A DNA stretch of 63,908 nt, counting the filler, from Licmophora abbreviata (lineage: Eukaryota), in assembly GCA_900291995.1 (NCBI GenBank). It is 15 parts of 15 records of this genome, joined end to end, with 100 filler letters (N's around TTAATTAATTAA, not from the genome) between each part and the next. Parts side by side here need not be neighbours in the genome. Positions count along the whole stretch, not along the records: positions 9,535 to 14,148 come from OLMU01004067.1; positions 14,249 to 23,734 come from OLMU01004068.1; 13 more parts are not named here. One strand, written 5' to 3'. The notes under the pieces are model-generated. The model was not told where the DNA came from. It searched no databases and worked only from the letters and a program-made list of their open reading frames with translations. The position numbers and the translations under genes were made by a program. The stretch's first letter is position 1. Each line of letters opens with the position of its first letter. Shown here piece by piece: positions 12,346 through 23,834 of this stretch.

Positions 12346-12751
12346 GGTAAACTGCTACGTTATCTCTTCAGCGATAACAAAGGATAGCCAGAACGACTGT
12401 AGTCATGTCGTTGCCATCAGCCATCAACCGAAATCTGAAATCTTTCCGCGAAGACAGTTCGGTGGAGGCAGATTGGCGTTTTATACTGGAGCTGTTGTAC
12501 AAGCTACGCCAAGTTGAAGTTATTTGAGCTCAAAGCCCGATGGAGTAGAGAACGACACCTGGAACACTCTTCCTTGAAATGAGATGAGCCTCTCGAGCTC
12601 TGAAAACTGAAAACTTTCAGACGGGGCAGCAGCCATTCGTTCGTTCCATCGAAATTCTTTTTGCTGCTGGCTGCTGCCCTGTTCATCGCATTGCCAGCCC
12701 ATTGATTGCTGCCAATCAGTACCAGGTAGTCTCGTTTATTATATTTCCATC

Positions 12752-13796
12752 ATGAGTGACAAGACAGAAGAAGAAAAGCCTGCAGCTGCTCCGGAAGACG
12801 AAGAGGAGGAGGAAGAAGAAGAAGACTTGGAAAAACTTCAGGCTGAAATCGAGCGCATGGAAGCGGAAGCAGCACGGATCAGCAAGGAAACGGAAGACTT
12901 GGAGCGTCAAAAGACCGGTGGCGATGCAGCGTCGAAGCCGGCTGCGGAAGCAGGGAAAAATGATGCTGCCAGTGCAGCAAAGCGAGATGGGTGAGTAAAA
13001 TGCGTGGCTGGTAGTGCTGATAGATCAGAACAGTGGACAGAGGACATATCGTGTCCGTGTGGATTGTGGCTGTTCTCTTGATCTGACACACGATTGAATC
13101 GCTTTCTCTTGGCACTTTCAGATGTTCTGTTTATGTAGGACAGGTTGACTATGCAGCAACACCGGAAGAGTTACTGGCGCACTTTGAGGCCTGCGGAACG
13201 GTGGAGCGAGTCACAATTGTCTGTGACAAAATGACAGGAAGACCCAAGGGTGAGTAGCGTAATCTCTTCGCTTCCTAGTGCGCGAGTCGAGTCTCGCAAC
13301 ACTGTTCGGCTTGGCGGAGATTAAAAACTCATGTTCCTTACTGCTGTGATTTTAAATCGTTTCATCTTGCCCTTTCCAACAGGATTCGCTTATTTGGAGT
13401 TTCAGGTACAGTCTTGTCGTCGGAATCGTGAACGGGTGTGACACTGTCCCCTGTTGGCCTTTCGTTTTCTCTTGTTTTGGAAGTAGCGCTCATCATGGGA
13501 ATGAAACACCGCGCTTGTCTTGTTTGCTTTTGATTCGTTATCATAGACGGAAGAGGCAGTGGCTAATGCCGTGAAAATTGGACGGATCGACTTTCAAGGA
13601 TCGACAGCTCAAGGTGACCCACAAGCGAGTCAATGACCCGAATTATTACTGGGGAGAAGGTGGTGGCCGTGGTGGTGGACGGGGTGGACGGGGAAGAGGC
13701 GGTCGTGGCTTTCGTGGGCGAGGTCGCGGCCGTGGCTTTCGTGGTGGGTACCGTGGTGGACGGGGTGGACGAGGTGGCTACCATCCTTATTACTGA
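12752..13796 (+). CDS. PABPN1: Nuclear poly(A)-binding protein 2 (PABPN1/Pab2); exons 12752-12990, 13122-13249, 13383-13405, 13547-13796, with a probable extra A at 13574-13577
   Basis: Acidic/coiled-coil N-terminus. [52 protein letters not shown] tail ending YHPYY. Confidence 0.92.
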
Positions 13797-14099
13797 AGTA
13801 GTTTGCTTGGCAGCGTTCTTGCAAGCTGGGAATTCATTCGGTGCACATGGTGCTCTCTTTTTCATCAAGCGCGAACTGGTCGTTTAGATAGTAAGCCCAT
13901 TACTTAGACTTTTTGTCATGTATTAGCTAGCTTCCAACTCGTATTTTTCTGCACTTTCACCAACAAACATGCTGCAACCAGCAATACAACAGTATCCACG
14001 AAGCTACATCTCTATCTCGTTATTTTCTAGTTAATATCTATGGTACAGTAGCCTCCGGATCTTGAAAAGGGTGAACGAATCGAGTCAAGCCGCGTTAAT

Positions 14100-14893
14100 C
14101 TACATGGAGCGCCGACGGTGCATGGAGCGCTGGCGGGGCGACATGAAGNNNNNNNNNNNNNNNNNNNNNNNNNNNNNNNNNNNNNNNNNNNNTTAATTAA
14201 TTAANNNNNNNNNNNNNNNNNNNNNNNNNNNNNNNNNNNNNNNNNNNNCATGAAGCTCCGGCGTGCCCCGCTGTCTCTTATTGACTGCATGCTGGGGACA
14301 GAACGCAGCTTTAGCAGCTCTTTCTGAACATTCAGGATGCACGAGTGTTCAGAAGCAAGCCCAGCTATCTGATACAGGTACAAGGCCCGTTTGAAGTCCG
14401 CGACTGCTTCCCTGTGGTCACCCAACTGAGCAAAACAGATACCAAGACGATGTAACGTCAAGCCAATCATGTGCGTGACAGGGGCCTTTCGTGCAACCTC
14501 AATCCACAGAGCCTTCTTGAAAGCATCGATACCATGTTTCAATTCGCCTTGGGCATGATTCAACAAACCCATAGTAGAATGTACATACGAAACCAACGAG
14601 GAGGGCATATCGGGTGTTGAGTCAAGCGCGGTCGATAGAAAGCCAGAGAGATCTGAAAGCTCGGATTTGGTCAGACTCCTGCTAGTGTGGATAGCTGAGA
14701 GATCAGCGTATGTCTCCAATTGAGTGAGAACTTCTCTATCCATACAATACAGGGGGAGAGTTTCGCGCAGAAAGCGCTCAAGAGTCGCCAAGCGAAGTTC
14801 AACAGTTAGTGACGAGAACGATCCTCTGCGGGTGCGCTTGGCTTCTGTATCGACGATCGACATGTGGTAGCTATCTGTGAATCTGGTGACCAT
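14100..14893 (-). CDS. TPR-containing hypothetical protein spanning linker 14149-14248
   Basis: Two TPR-like helix pairs (YVHSTMGLLNHAQGELKHGIDAFKKAL; GLTLHRLGICFAQLGDHREAVADFKRAL). CATGAAG is duplicated on both gap flanks; the frame continues SPRQRSMHRRRSM* to TAG at 14100. Confidence 0.6.
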
Positions 14894-15486
14894 TGTGATG
14901 GATAAGTATAATTGAATACCTGTTGGATTATGTTGTGAGCACTGGCTGGGTTGCCTTGAGCTTGATGGACGTTTCGTTTGTGAGTTGGTGTGACAAAGTT
15001 GTGACAAAACTGCACAGGCTGTTCCTCTCAAGCAGTTTGTGACTGACTCACCGGCGGCTGGCGTGATTGTGCATTACAGATATTCAAGCCTGAATGTTTT
15101 ATTACAAAAATATTACACTTCGTCATGACATTTCAACATTTCGCAGACGCTGATGGGGTATCATACAGAGTTCGTAGGCAATCGACATCGACAGCGCCCA
15201 GCACTACTTCTTCCTTCGTCGTATGCTTTACTGCCCTTAGCCCGACCTTCCTCAACAATGTATGCTTAGGTAGCCTGGGTACCAGATCGGACAGTCCCCA
15301 GGTATATCTCGCTAAAGATGTTAGCGGGTGTAACCTGCTAGGTGAGGTGTATCCGTGCGTACGTAAAGATACCACGTTATTGCCTAAACCAAGCCTGCAC
15401 CGCCTACTGCTTGACGCCAGCTGCATTTATATACAGTAATCGCATGCAGCAAGACATGGATGAGTTTTACCAAGGTTCTATCGTCT

Positions 15487-16224
15487 TTACCCTTGGAGCC
15501 AAAGTTTCCCTTCCGGCTTGTCCTTCTTGGCACCGGTCAAACTCTCTCCGGCCTCAATCATCCGCTCGGCAGCAAATGCCATTCTCTGTCCCGATTCACT
15601 CGCTTCCTTCAAGCCAGGTTCTAACTCTCTTATTTTTGTGGACAACACTTCTAGGCTCTCGCCACAAATCACAAGGCTCGCACCGATCTCATTGACTGGT
15701 TGCTTCTGCATGATTCCTGCCCCTGCTGCCTCGAGTGAGGTGCTGCAGACGCCAATCGGTCCAACCGCTGAATCAACCTGCTCAGCAAGCTCTTTGTTCT
15801 CATCCGCATAAGCTTCTTCCACGGCCAACTTCATTTTGTCAGTGGCTTCCGTGAGACAGGTAGCTCCTTCTCGGAGTTCGTCGTAGACTAGTTCCGAGGC
15901 CGTTTTGAATCTCATGCTTGCGGCAGCCTGAGCGACACAGTCGCCCGAGTTTCTTAGTTGCGCACCTACACTTGAAAGTCCACCCCCATAGAGGTCCAAA
16001 GCGCTGGTTGCTTCAATCAGAAGTTCCCCGCTTCGGGCAAGTGCTTTCCCGGCGTCCATAAGCGGCAAGGCGGCGGGCTTCAGGGACGCGGCCAACCGAG
16101 AAGGACTTGAGCATCGTCTTCGCATGGATTCTTTATCTTTAGAGAACGATACAAATCCATGGCTAGAGAGGCCAAGGGCGCTCAAGGTGAAAGCGCTGTT
16201 GATGAATAACCCGCAAGACTTCAT
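15487..16224 (-). CDS. Helical hypothetical protein, probably plastid-targeted
   Basis: 245-aa ORF. Hydrophobic N-terminus with SHG|FVS motif and a Ser/Arg-rich transit-like segment. Ala/Glu/Ser-rich amphipathic repeats. Confidence 0.7.
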   Translation of the reverse strand: MKSCGLFINSAFTLSALGLSSHGFVSFSKDKESMRRRCSSPSRLAASLKPAALPLMDAGKALARSGELLIEATSALDLYGGGLSSVGAQLRNSGDCVAQAAASMRFKTASELVYDELREGATCLTEATDKMKLAVEEAYADENKELAEQVDSAVGPIGVCSTSLEAAGAGIMQKQPVNEIGASLVICGESLEVLSTKIRELEPGLKEASESGQRMAFAAERMIEAGESLTGAKKDKPEGKLWLQG

Positions 16225-16514
16225 GGTTGTTGCTTCGCAGTGTCAATGTGGTCTCATCGTGCTTACACGTCCACAACTTGTGACGAAGCTCCGCCGTTGA
16301 TGGCCAGGCGTTGGAAATTTGTGGCGTCTGGTAGTCACCCGCTGGGTCGGACAGATCCAGCTTGAAGTTTCCTTGCCGCCGCTTCGGTGATGAACTGTCT
16401 CGATTGGCTCCTTGGATCTCACCTAAAGGACCTCGTTTCTTGTATTACTCATATCAAAATTCACCTTAACTGATAAACAATCATTGCAATCCGTGTGGGG
16501 GTACAATTTCCGCC

Positions 16515-17366
16515 ATGAAGTGTTTGCAATCGTTCGCTGTTGTCCTGGCAGGGGTTGTCCCTCTTGCCCTGGGCTTTACAGCGGCCCCAAAGAGTCGCGT
16601 TGGACTTCAGACAAGGGTCCTTTCCTCGACCGCAGCAACGGAGTTGCCTGAGGGTCTCGTCAAGACTATTTCCAAGCCGGGATCCGGACCTCGATTGAAA
16701 CTGGGCGATGTGGCTTCCATCAAGTATATCTGTTATCTTCCTGATGAGCTCGCCGCGCCGTTTGCCAAGTCAGACTTCCAGAAAGTATCGGTGGGAGATG
16801 GGGCCATGATTGATGCGTGGGAGAAGGTTATTCGCACTATGAACGTGGGTGAACGTGCCGTGGTACGGATTACGGACCCGTCTCTGGGCTATGGGTCCAA
16901 GGGAGTCCCGCCGTTGATTCCTCCTAGCGCCGAAATTGAGCTCGATATGGAAATCCTAGACGCTCAGCCACCTCTGCAGGCGATTGATTTTGATACTCTT
17001 GCAATGTCAGATGAGTTGACGCCGAGAACGGCCGGCTCCATTGCAGCGGCATACGAAGAACGGCAGCAACAAAAGGCGTTGGAGCCCCAGAAGGAGGGGT
17101 TGGAGGCGTTCATTGAAAAAGCAAAGAACTTTTACTTCTTCGGGTTCTTTGAGTCCGAGTCAGGCGTCCAGGCCCCGTGGTACCTTCGCCCGTCCATCAC
17201 CTTCCCCATTGCGTTCCTCGTCGTGGGTGCTGCGTTTTATGTCAGCTTGTTGGGTGGTGCGATCAGCGAACGAGGAGCTCAGGTAACGGACGAGCTGGAC
17301 GAGATAATTCTGACCAATCTGGTGTTGACGACACTGCAGGTTTTTGGAAACACTCCAAGTTTGTAG
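16515..17366 (+). CDS. Plastid FKBP-type peptidyl-prolyl isomerase with C-terminal TM segment
   Basis: Signal peptide plus ALG|FTA. FKBP motifs VGDGAMIDAWEKVIRTMNVGERA and LGYGSKGVPPLIPPSAEIELDMEIL. TM ITFPIAFLVVGAAFYVSLLGG. Confidence 0.9.
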   Translation: MKCLQSFAVVLAGVVPLALGFTAAPKSRVGLQTRVLSSTAATELPEGLVKTISKPGSGPRLKLGDVASIKYICYLPDELAAPFAKSDFQKVSVGDGAMIDAWEKVIRTMNVGERAVVRITDPSLGYGSKGVPPLIPPSAEIELDMEILDAQPPLQAIDFDTLAMSDELTPRTAGSIAAAYEERQQQKALEPQKEGLEAFIEKAKNFYFFGFFESESGVQAPWYLRPSITFPIAFLVVGAAFYVSLLGGAISERGAQVTDELDEIILTNLVLTTLQVFGNTPSL

Positions 17367-17515
17367 AGGAAAACGAGTTCCTTCGATTCCTGAACCTGAC
17401 AACTTCTACGATTTTTGGCCTCGCAGTAGTACAGTAGTAGGAGGAGTACCAGGTAATGATAAACACAAAGTAGTTCTACTTTCTCGGCTATTGCATGTCC
17501 CACTGTTCACCGTAT

Positions 17516-19336
17516 CTAGTATCGGAGCCAGTACGAGTGACGACGGATCCAGTTGTAGTCTGGAAGCTCGTGAATTCCACCAACTGCCGCCAGAGCGTGG
17601 TCTTGATCGTTGATGATCTTGGTCGCTGTCGCCTTGATGTCCGCCGTGGTGACAGCATCGATGCGGCTAAAGATTTCAGCCGGAGTCATACGACGTCCAT
17701 ATGTGAGGAGCTGACGTCCAATGTCTTCGGCGACATTCGAATGTCCGTCCAAACCCATGAGCATGGTGGCCTTGAGATTCACCTTGGCTCGCTCCACTTC
17801 CTCATCAGTCGGAGTGTGGACAAGACGAACCAAGTTGTTCGTCACGTACCACATGAGATCGTCGAGTTTGTTGTCAGGGGCCACAGCATACACACCAAAG
17901 AGTCCTGTATCCTTGTAGCAAGTGTTGAAGGTAGTAATGGAATGGGCACATTCATGCGTGGCAACTTCTTGGCACATACGAGAGGCCACATTCTTGCCCA
18001 GTCCCGACGTGCGGTCGTACGAGCCGAGGATGTTCTGCATCAACATGAGAGGAAATGCATATTCGGACGTCCACGACGCGCCCTCGAAGGCGAGAGCAAC
18101 GTGAGCTGTCTTGTCTGAATCGAACTTGACACGGATGTCACTTCCCGTAAAGACTGCTGGGTTCCATGGCGGTCGCTACACTGCTCTTGGGAGCCGTGGG
18201 AATGCTACCAAAGTGCTGAGCGGCAAGTCCACAAAGCTCATCATGGTTGATGGCACCTGCTCCAGCAATCACCATGCGAGGAGCCGTGTAGTGAGCGGCA
18301 ATGTAGTCCGTCAAGTCTCCCTTGGAGAGCGAGCGAATATTCTCTTCCGGTCCCAAAATCGTCCTTCCGAGTCCCGTTCCCTGAAACGCTGTCGCGTGCA
18401 AGTGATCCAAGACGAGTTCCTCCTGCTGCTTGTTGACTTCCGACATTTCCCGAAGAATGACATCTCGCTCCCGTTCAATGGCCGCCTCCTCCAATTTGGA
18501 TTTCAAGAGAATATCGGACAGAATCTCGACAGCGCGCCCAACGTCGCTCTTAAAGACCTTGGCAAAGTAGACCGTCTGTTCACGCGATGTGTAGGCGTTC
18601 CTACAGTTCCAGTGAGGCAAGCAGGCGGGAGAAGTCAAGGCGCTTGTCAGAGGGTGTCTCCACTATGTTTTCAGCCGTTCATCACCAATCCGTTCTACTT
18701 ACAAGTGACCTCCCATATTTTCGATCTCGACTTCGAGCTGCTGTTGCGATCGCTTGGAAGTGCCTTTGAAGGCCATGTGTTCCAGAAAGTGAGCGGCACC
18801 ATTGTTCTTGGCTGTTTCGTAACGCGATCCAGCGTCGATCCACACGCCTACGGTGGCAGTTTCACTGCCCACCACAGTCTCTGAAGCCACCCTAAGACCG
18901 GAATCTAACGTCGTGACATCTGTCGTGGGGGCCCGCAAGATATAGTCAGGAAAGGTCTGAGCAACCTCGGCGGAAAAGAGGGCTCGTTGGGTCAGCAGAT
19001 GCTGGCGAGACGATATCTGGAGGGTGGAACAGTCAGAAGAGAGAAGGAGAAGAGAGTAAGTGTAAGAGGGCAGACAAGCTGAGAAGGACAGAGAACAAAA
19101 CTGGGATGCTCGACGGGCCGTTCTTCCTCATCGTCGGCACACTCCGATTGATTCCTCCCTGTGGCCAGCAGCAAGTAGATTTCGACGGAGAGCTCGTAGC
19201 TTCCTCTCCAAGGAATGTCGTTTTCGACCTTTTCTTCTAACTTGACGCCTCTCTGGTTCACTTTTGTTGCTCCCTGCACTCATGCACATACGACGAACAT
19301 TGATCTGACCTGTTTCAGAGCCACACGGAGCGCCAT
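17516..19336 (-). CDS. PMPCB: Mitochondrial processing peptidase beta subunit (M16B); exons 19336-19310, 19016-18703, 18600-17516, with a +1 error at 18159-18161
   Basis: [30 protein letters not shown] (HxxEH), [29 protein letters not shown] and C-terminal [16 protein letters not shown]. Confidence 0.95.
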
Positions 19337-19714
19337 GGTGTCCAGTTGAAGTGGTGGTGTGATCACAATCGGCAACCACACAAACACACACACACGTGAG
19401 TGTTGTGCAAGAGAGCGAAGAGGATCGCTACTCGTACATTTTGTACTACGACGTACGTCCGTGGAGAAGTACCAGACGACTTCGTAGTGTCTCTTTCCAA
19501 GCGGTAAACCTCGCGCGATGATCGAGAGGCGATCGCGCGACGAGACGGCATTGATCTTCTTGCCTGTGCCGATGACCAGTATGCATATCCAGAACGATGA
19601 TGACCGGAGGCAACCGGCATCAACAGGCAATACCTTGTCAGGCGAACCAGCGAAGGAACATCAGCACCCCCATTTCACCCCGTCGTCGCTTCCTCTCTTG
19701 CTGTTCCATGCACC

Positions 19715-20992
19715 ATGTCTGACGCCACATCGTTCTCACTAGGCAAGATTCGACAGAGGGGAGCCATCAGTCAGACACTGCTACTGGCGCCGACCAAAGA
19801 CTGCGTGACGGACCGGCGCCCAAAGCCATCCGCAACGAAATCAGACCGCTCTGGCCAAATCAAGAGGCTACTGATCATACTGGTTGCTTTCATGTGTGTA
19901 CTTTTCGTTTCAGAGTCGGTTGGAACACCAGATCTCTTCTTGAGATCCAAGAAGAATCCTCGTCGGCACGAGTTCCTTCTTCCCCATCACTTGAGTCCGG
20001 GCGACATGTCACCGCTACTTTGGAGGTCTGACAGGAAACAAGCAGACCAGTTTGCTAGATTAGTAGGCCTACCCCCGAAACTCACCGTTGAGTTGCAAGA
20101 ATACTGCAAACAGACTGGACTTCTGGACGCCTTTTGGTCTCCTGCACAGGGTCAAGCAGACACAGTGTCGAGCGAGATCCTTGATATCAACGGAGCCGGC
20201 AGGTGGGCCGTCACCAGTCCTGGAAAAGACTCCAACTGGGAAAACAGCAACTTGAGATGGTTTGATGCCATTGATGAAGAGACATTCGAACAGACTCTTG
20301 GGGTCCTGAAGCGTGGTGAATTCGATAAGGTTCTGGACGCCGTTGGGAGTGAGTTCAGCTCCGAGGGGTTGATGATTGCCGGAGTCGGCTTTATTGTAAC
20401 GTCCTATTCTTCTGGGGGAGAAATGCATTCTGATGACCCTGGCGTGGGAGATGGATTCTTTGACCTGCTGTTTCCACTGATCCTTCCAGAGAATGAGAAA
20501 GCAGAGCTCTTTATCGGCGATGACGAGAACAACTCTCGACTGGCCCCCCTGACCTTTTCTCGAAACGTGGGCATTCTGATGAGTGGTGATACTGCGCATA
20601 AAACAGGCAATTGTGATTACAGAAGACAAGGGGGGCTTCGGGTCGCTGTGTCGGTGTATATTGCGGATCTCAATGCGACGAACGTTGATTTTATCGGTTC
20701 TGATGACACGGCATTGTTTCCGGTGCCAGGCAATACGGAGTGGCTCTTTGCCCAGAAGGGACGATCATGGGGTGGAGGCAATAGCTTGAAGAACGACAAA
20801 GGGCGAAAACCCTATACCGCAAGAGACTCGAACACACAAGAATGCCGTGCTCTTGCAAAGGCGGGAATGTGCGACAAGGACCCATGGCAAGTAAGGCCGA
20901 AATGTCAGAAGAGTTGCAATATTTTCATTGATGACGAACGATACTACTCAGAAATCATTGAAGCCGGTATTGACATGAGAGTAAGTATATAG
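19715..20992 (+). CDS. Type II membrane protein with putative 2OG-Fe(II) oxygenase fold and C-terminal ShK-like domain
   Basis: N-terminal TM LLIILVAFMCVLFV. HSD...TAHKTG...RVAVSVY (HxD/H/R pattern). C-terminal CRALAKAGMCDKDPWQVRPKCQKSC. Confidence 0.7.
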   Translation: MSDATSFSLGKIRQRGAISQTLLLAPTKDCVTDRRPKPSATKSDRSGQIKRLLIILVAFMCVLFVSESVGTPDLFLRSKKNPRRHEFLLPHHLSPGDMSPLLWRSDRKQADQFARLVGLPPKLTVELQEYCKQTGLLDAFWSPAQGQADTVSSEILDINGAGRWAVTSPGKDSNWENSNLRWFDAIDEETFEQTLGVLKRGEFDKVLDAVGSEFSSEGLMIAGVGFIVTSYSSGGEMHSDDPGVGDGFFDLLFPLILPENEKAELFIGDDENNSRLAPLTFSRNVGILMSGDTAHKTGNCDYRRQGGLRVAVSVYIADLNATNVDFIGSDDTALFPVPGNTEWLFAQKGRSWGGGNSLKNDKGRKPYTARDSNTQECRALAKAGMCDKDPWQVRPKCQKSCNIFIDDERYYSEIIEAGIDMRVSI

Positions 20993-21022
20993 AGTCAATA
21001 AGAAAGCTTATCAAGTACCCGT

Positions 21023-21078
21023 TTTCCCGCACGGTAGAGCTAGCAGTATCGTACATGTTTCCCGCACGGTAGAGCTAG
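21023..21078 (+). repeat. Direct 21-bp duplication TTTCCCGCACGGTAGAGCTAG; each copy contains the E2F consensus TTTCCCGC
   Basis: Copies at 21023-21043 and 21058-21078 in the intergenic region upstream of the IFRD-like gene. Confidence 0.85.
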
Positions 21079-21329
21079 AGTACATGAAGCGAGGTTCGTA
21101 TCGTACGATATCATAGTCTCGATAGTGCAGCGACGCTAGACGAACATCGAGTAACAAGGTACGACCGTCGTCCGCAACGAAAAGATGTCAAACCCTAGTA
21201 AACAACAACACATTTCATCAACGCACCACTTCATCTTCCGGGGCACATCACATCACCGCCTGTGACTCCACTTGGCGGCGGAGCTCCCTTCTCAGACTAA
21301 TCGGGCATACCAGTGAACTATAGAAGATA

Positions 21330-23160
21330 ATGGCAAAGAAGCCTCGCTCGCAGAGGCGAAAGAAAGGATCCTCGCTGGGCGCCGATTCCCAAGACCAGCC
21401 AGCGGACGCCCCGGGCGACAACGAGCTGCTCTCCGACAGCCATACTGTGGCCGACTCGATCTCGACTGTTGGAGAAGAGTTTGAGATTGACGTATCCGAA
21501 CACTTTGGTGCTGACGAAGATCATCACTTGGACTCTCAGGCCTTGGATGCGGCGGCTGAGGCGGCCGCTTCACGGCAAGCGCGATTGGTGGATGCACTAG
21601 CATCCATCGCAGAGTTTTCATCGGAGAAACGAACTGCCCGGCGGGAAGGTCAGCTGCGGCGTGTGTTTAGAGCCTTGACACAGTTCGCAACGGGGAATAT
21701 TGGTCGAGAAACCGTAGAATCGCATCTGGACACCATTGTCACGGCGTGCAAGTATGGGCTCCGTGTCGGAGTCGCGTCTCCTGCAGAGCAGTATGCCGCC
21801 TGTCGTGTTTTGGAAGCCACGGGCGTTGTGCTGGGCGGAAACAATGATGAGTATTGCGATTCTATTGATTCTCAGCTCAAGCGTGTCGTCATGATGGCTG
21901 GGCGTGCGACACCGGTTCGGAGTGCGGCGTTGAGATCTCTTTGTCTATGTAATTTCATGTGTGTCGCGGATGATTTCAAGGCAGAAGCGCTGTTGGACCA
22001 TTGCGAACAGGTGGCAGCACATACGTATCGTGAGGAGGCGGTCGCTGCTTCTCTTCGTGCAACAGCCCTGGATTGCTGGGTGAGTGATGTGTTGCATGAG
22101 CGCGCGGTTCGGGTCGCACCACCGCACGTAGCATCGTCAGACTTTACACCTCTGAAGCATAGCAGGTACCTGGTAGTCACATGGAGTCTCGCCGATTCAA
22201 TCTGCTTATTTTGCCGCCCTCTGCTCGTTCGTCTCGAATCCTAGGCACTTCTCAGTACAACTATTCAGGAAGTCTATGTTGCTGACAAGAGTGACACGCA
22301 TATTGGAAGGGGCTTAGTCCTCCTGCCTTTGCTCAAGGAATGTCTGGAAACGAACAATGTCGACCTGCGTTCTGCGGCAGGAGAGTGCGTGGCGCTGATT
22401 CATGAGTGTCGTTTGAATCTTGGGATTGACGACAGTCAAGCCGTCAGTACCACCGAACGCCGCTTTCGACGAGGTAAGTTGAGAATTGTGTCCAACGGTC
22501 TCCATTGCGTGTCGCTCGCTGCCGAGACTATCACACACACGAGGACGCACTTTGTCCCTGATTTCCGCCCTCTTGTTTGACTCGCTGCAGGATCGTGGGA
22601 TGGATCGGAATGGGAAGTGATCATGGACGAGGTGAAGCAGCTCATAGCCGAACTGTCAGTCGAGTCTGGTCATCACATCAGTAAGAAGGCGAAGAAGGCG
22701 CAACGAGCCACATTCAGGGAGTTCATGTCTACCATCGTCGATGACGAGCCCCCGTGCGAAGTGGTTACATTTCGCGGTGGGACGCTGACGCTTCGATCCT
22801 GGCACGAGGTGATTCAGCTCAATTTCATCCGTCACTGCCTACAAGGGGGTTTCCAAATCCAACTTTGTGAGTATTTGGTTTAGCGGTATAGGCACGTGTG
22901 AGCAAGCCCAGTTCCACCTCGCAAAGACTCATTCTCCCTTCTCCGCCTGTTCAGTGACTAATGCGACGTTGCACGAGGTGTTCAGCGCAAACGGTCACAT
23001 ACTGAATGATTTGGCGACCATGTCCCAGATAGAAAAGCGATTGATGCTGTCCAAAACAAGCGAGGCATCGAAAGCTGCTGACCGCGAGCTTGCTCGTCAG
23101 CGAAGGGTGAGAACGAACGTCAAGAACGACTTCTTGACGGCCGATGGAGAGTGCATTTGA
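21330..23160 (+). CDS. Interferon-related developmental regulator (IFRD1/2)-like ARM protein; exons 21330-22079, 22245-22473, 22591-22866, 22955-23160
   Basis: SEKRTARREGQL, VDLRSAAGECVALIHE, SKKAKKAQRATFRE, LRSWHEVIQLNFIRHCLQGGFQIQLLTNATLHEVF and a basic C-terminus. Three GT-AG introns keep the frame. Confidence 0.85.
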
Positions 23161-23301
23161 CGACGTCACAGTGTCGAACGGAGACGTTGCAATCACTACC
23201 ATGCAGATACCGGTACTGAAGATAGAGTAGAGTTCTTGTAAAGTAGCCAAGCAAGCAAGTCGCTCTACCATAGAGAAGAAGAGTGTATGATATAATTGAA
23301 T

Positions 23302-23734
23302 TTACTCGGACGCACAAGAGTAGTCCATCTGACTGAGAATCAAGGCCGTGATGAGGCCGTACAGCCCCAAGTTACCGGCAAAGACCTGAATGAGTACCGT
23401 TCCGACAAAGAGAGAATCTCCGCTGCTGGTGACTTGGCCTCCTTGATCGCCTGTGAATCCCATTTTCTTCCATGATTCTTCCATGGCACTTTGTGCTCCA
23501 ACAGCTCGTGTACCAGCGTCCGCCGCAATGCCAATCGCGAGTCCAGATGCCAGCGAGCAGAGACCGCAGCAAAGACCTGCAGCCATATGCGCAAAGGCAG
23601 TATATTGAGAATAGGTTGCGTATCCCGTGCCCGCTTCCGGTTTGGTGAACTTTCCATTGAGAATAACAGTGACAATGAGACCATAAATTCCGAGCACACC
23701 GGCCATGACCACTGGGATAATATTCTTCATGAGC
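23302..23734 (-). CDS. V-type ATPase proteolipid subunit c paralog, 5'-truncated by gap; atypical TM4 lacking the conserved Glu
   Basis: [20 protein letters not shown] (TM2), [32 protein letters not shown] (TM3) and [26 protein letters not shown] (TM4). Confidence 0.9.
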
Positions 23735-23834
23735 NNNNNNNNNNNNNNNNNNNNNNNNNNNNNNNNNNNNNNNNNNNNTTAATTAATTAANNNNNNNNNN
23801 NNNNNNNNNNNNNNNNNNNNNNNNNNNNNNNNNN

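Noticed and set aside
13574..18161. Programmed ribosomal frameshifting in PABPN1 and MPP-beta
   Set aside because: No slippery heptamer or shared stop-adjacent motif; the indels are in short homopolymers, consistent with sequencing error.
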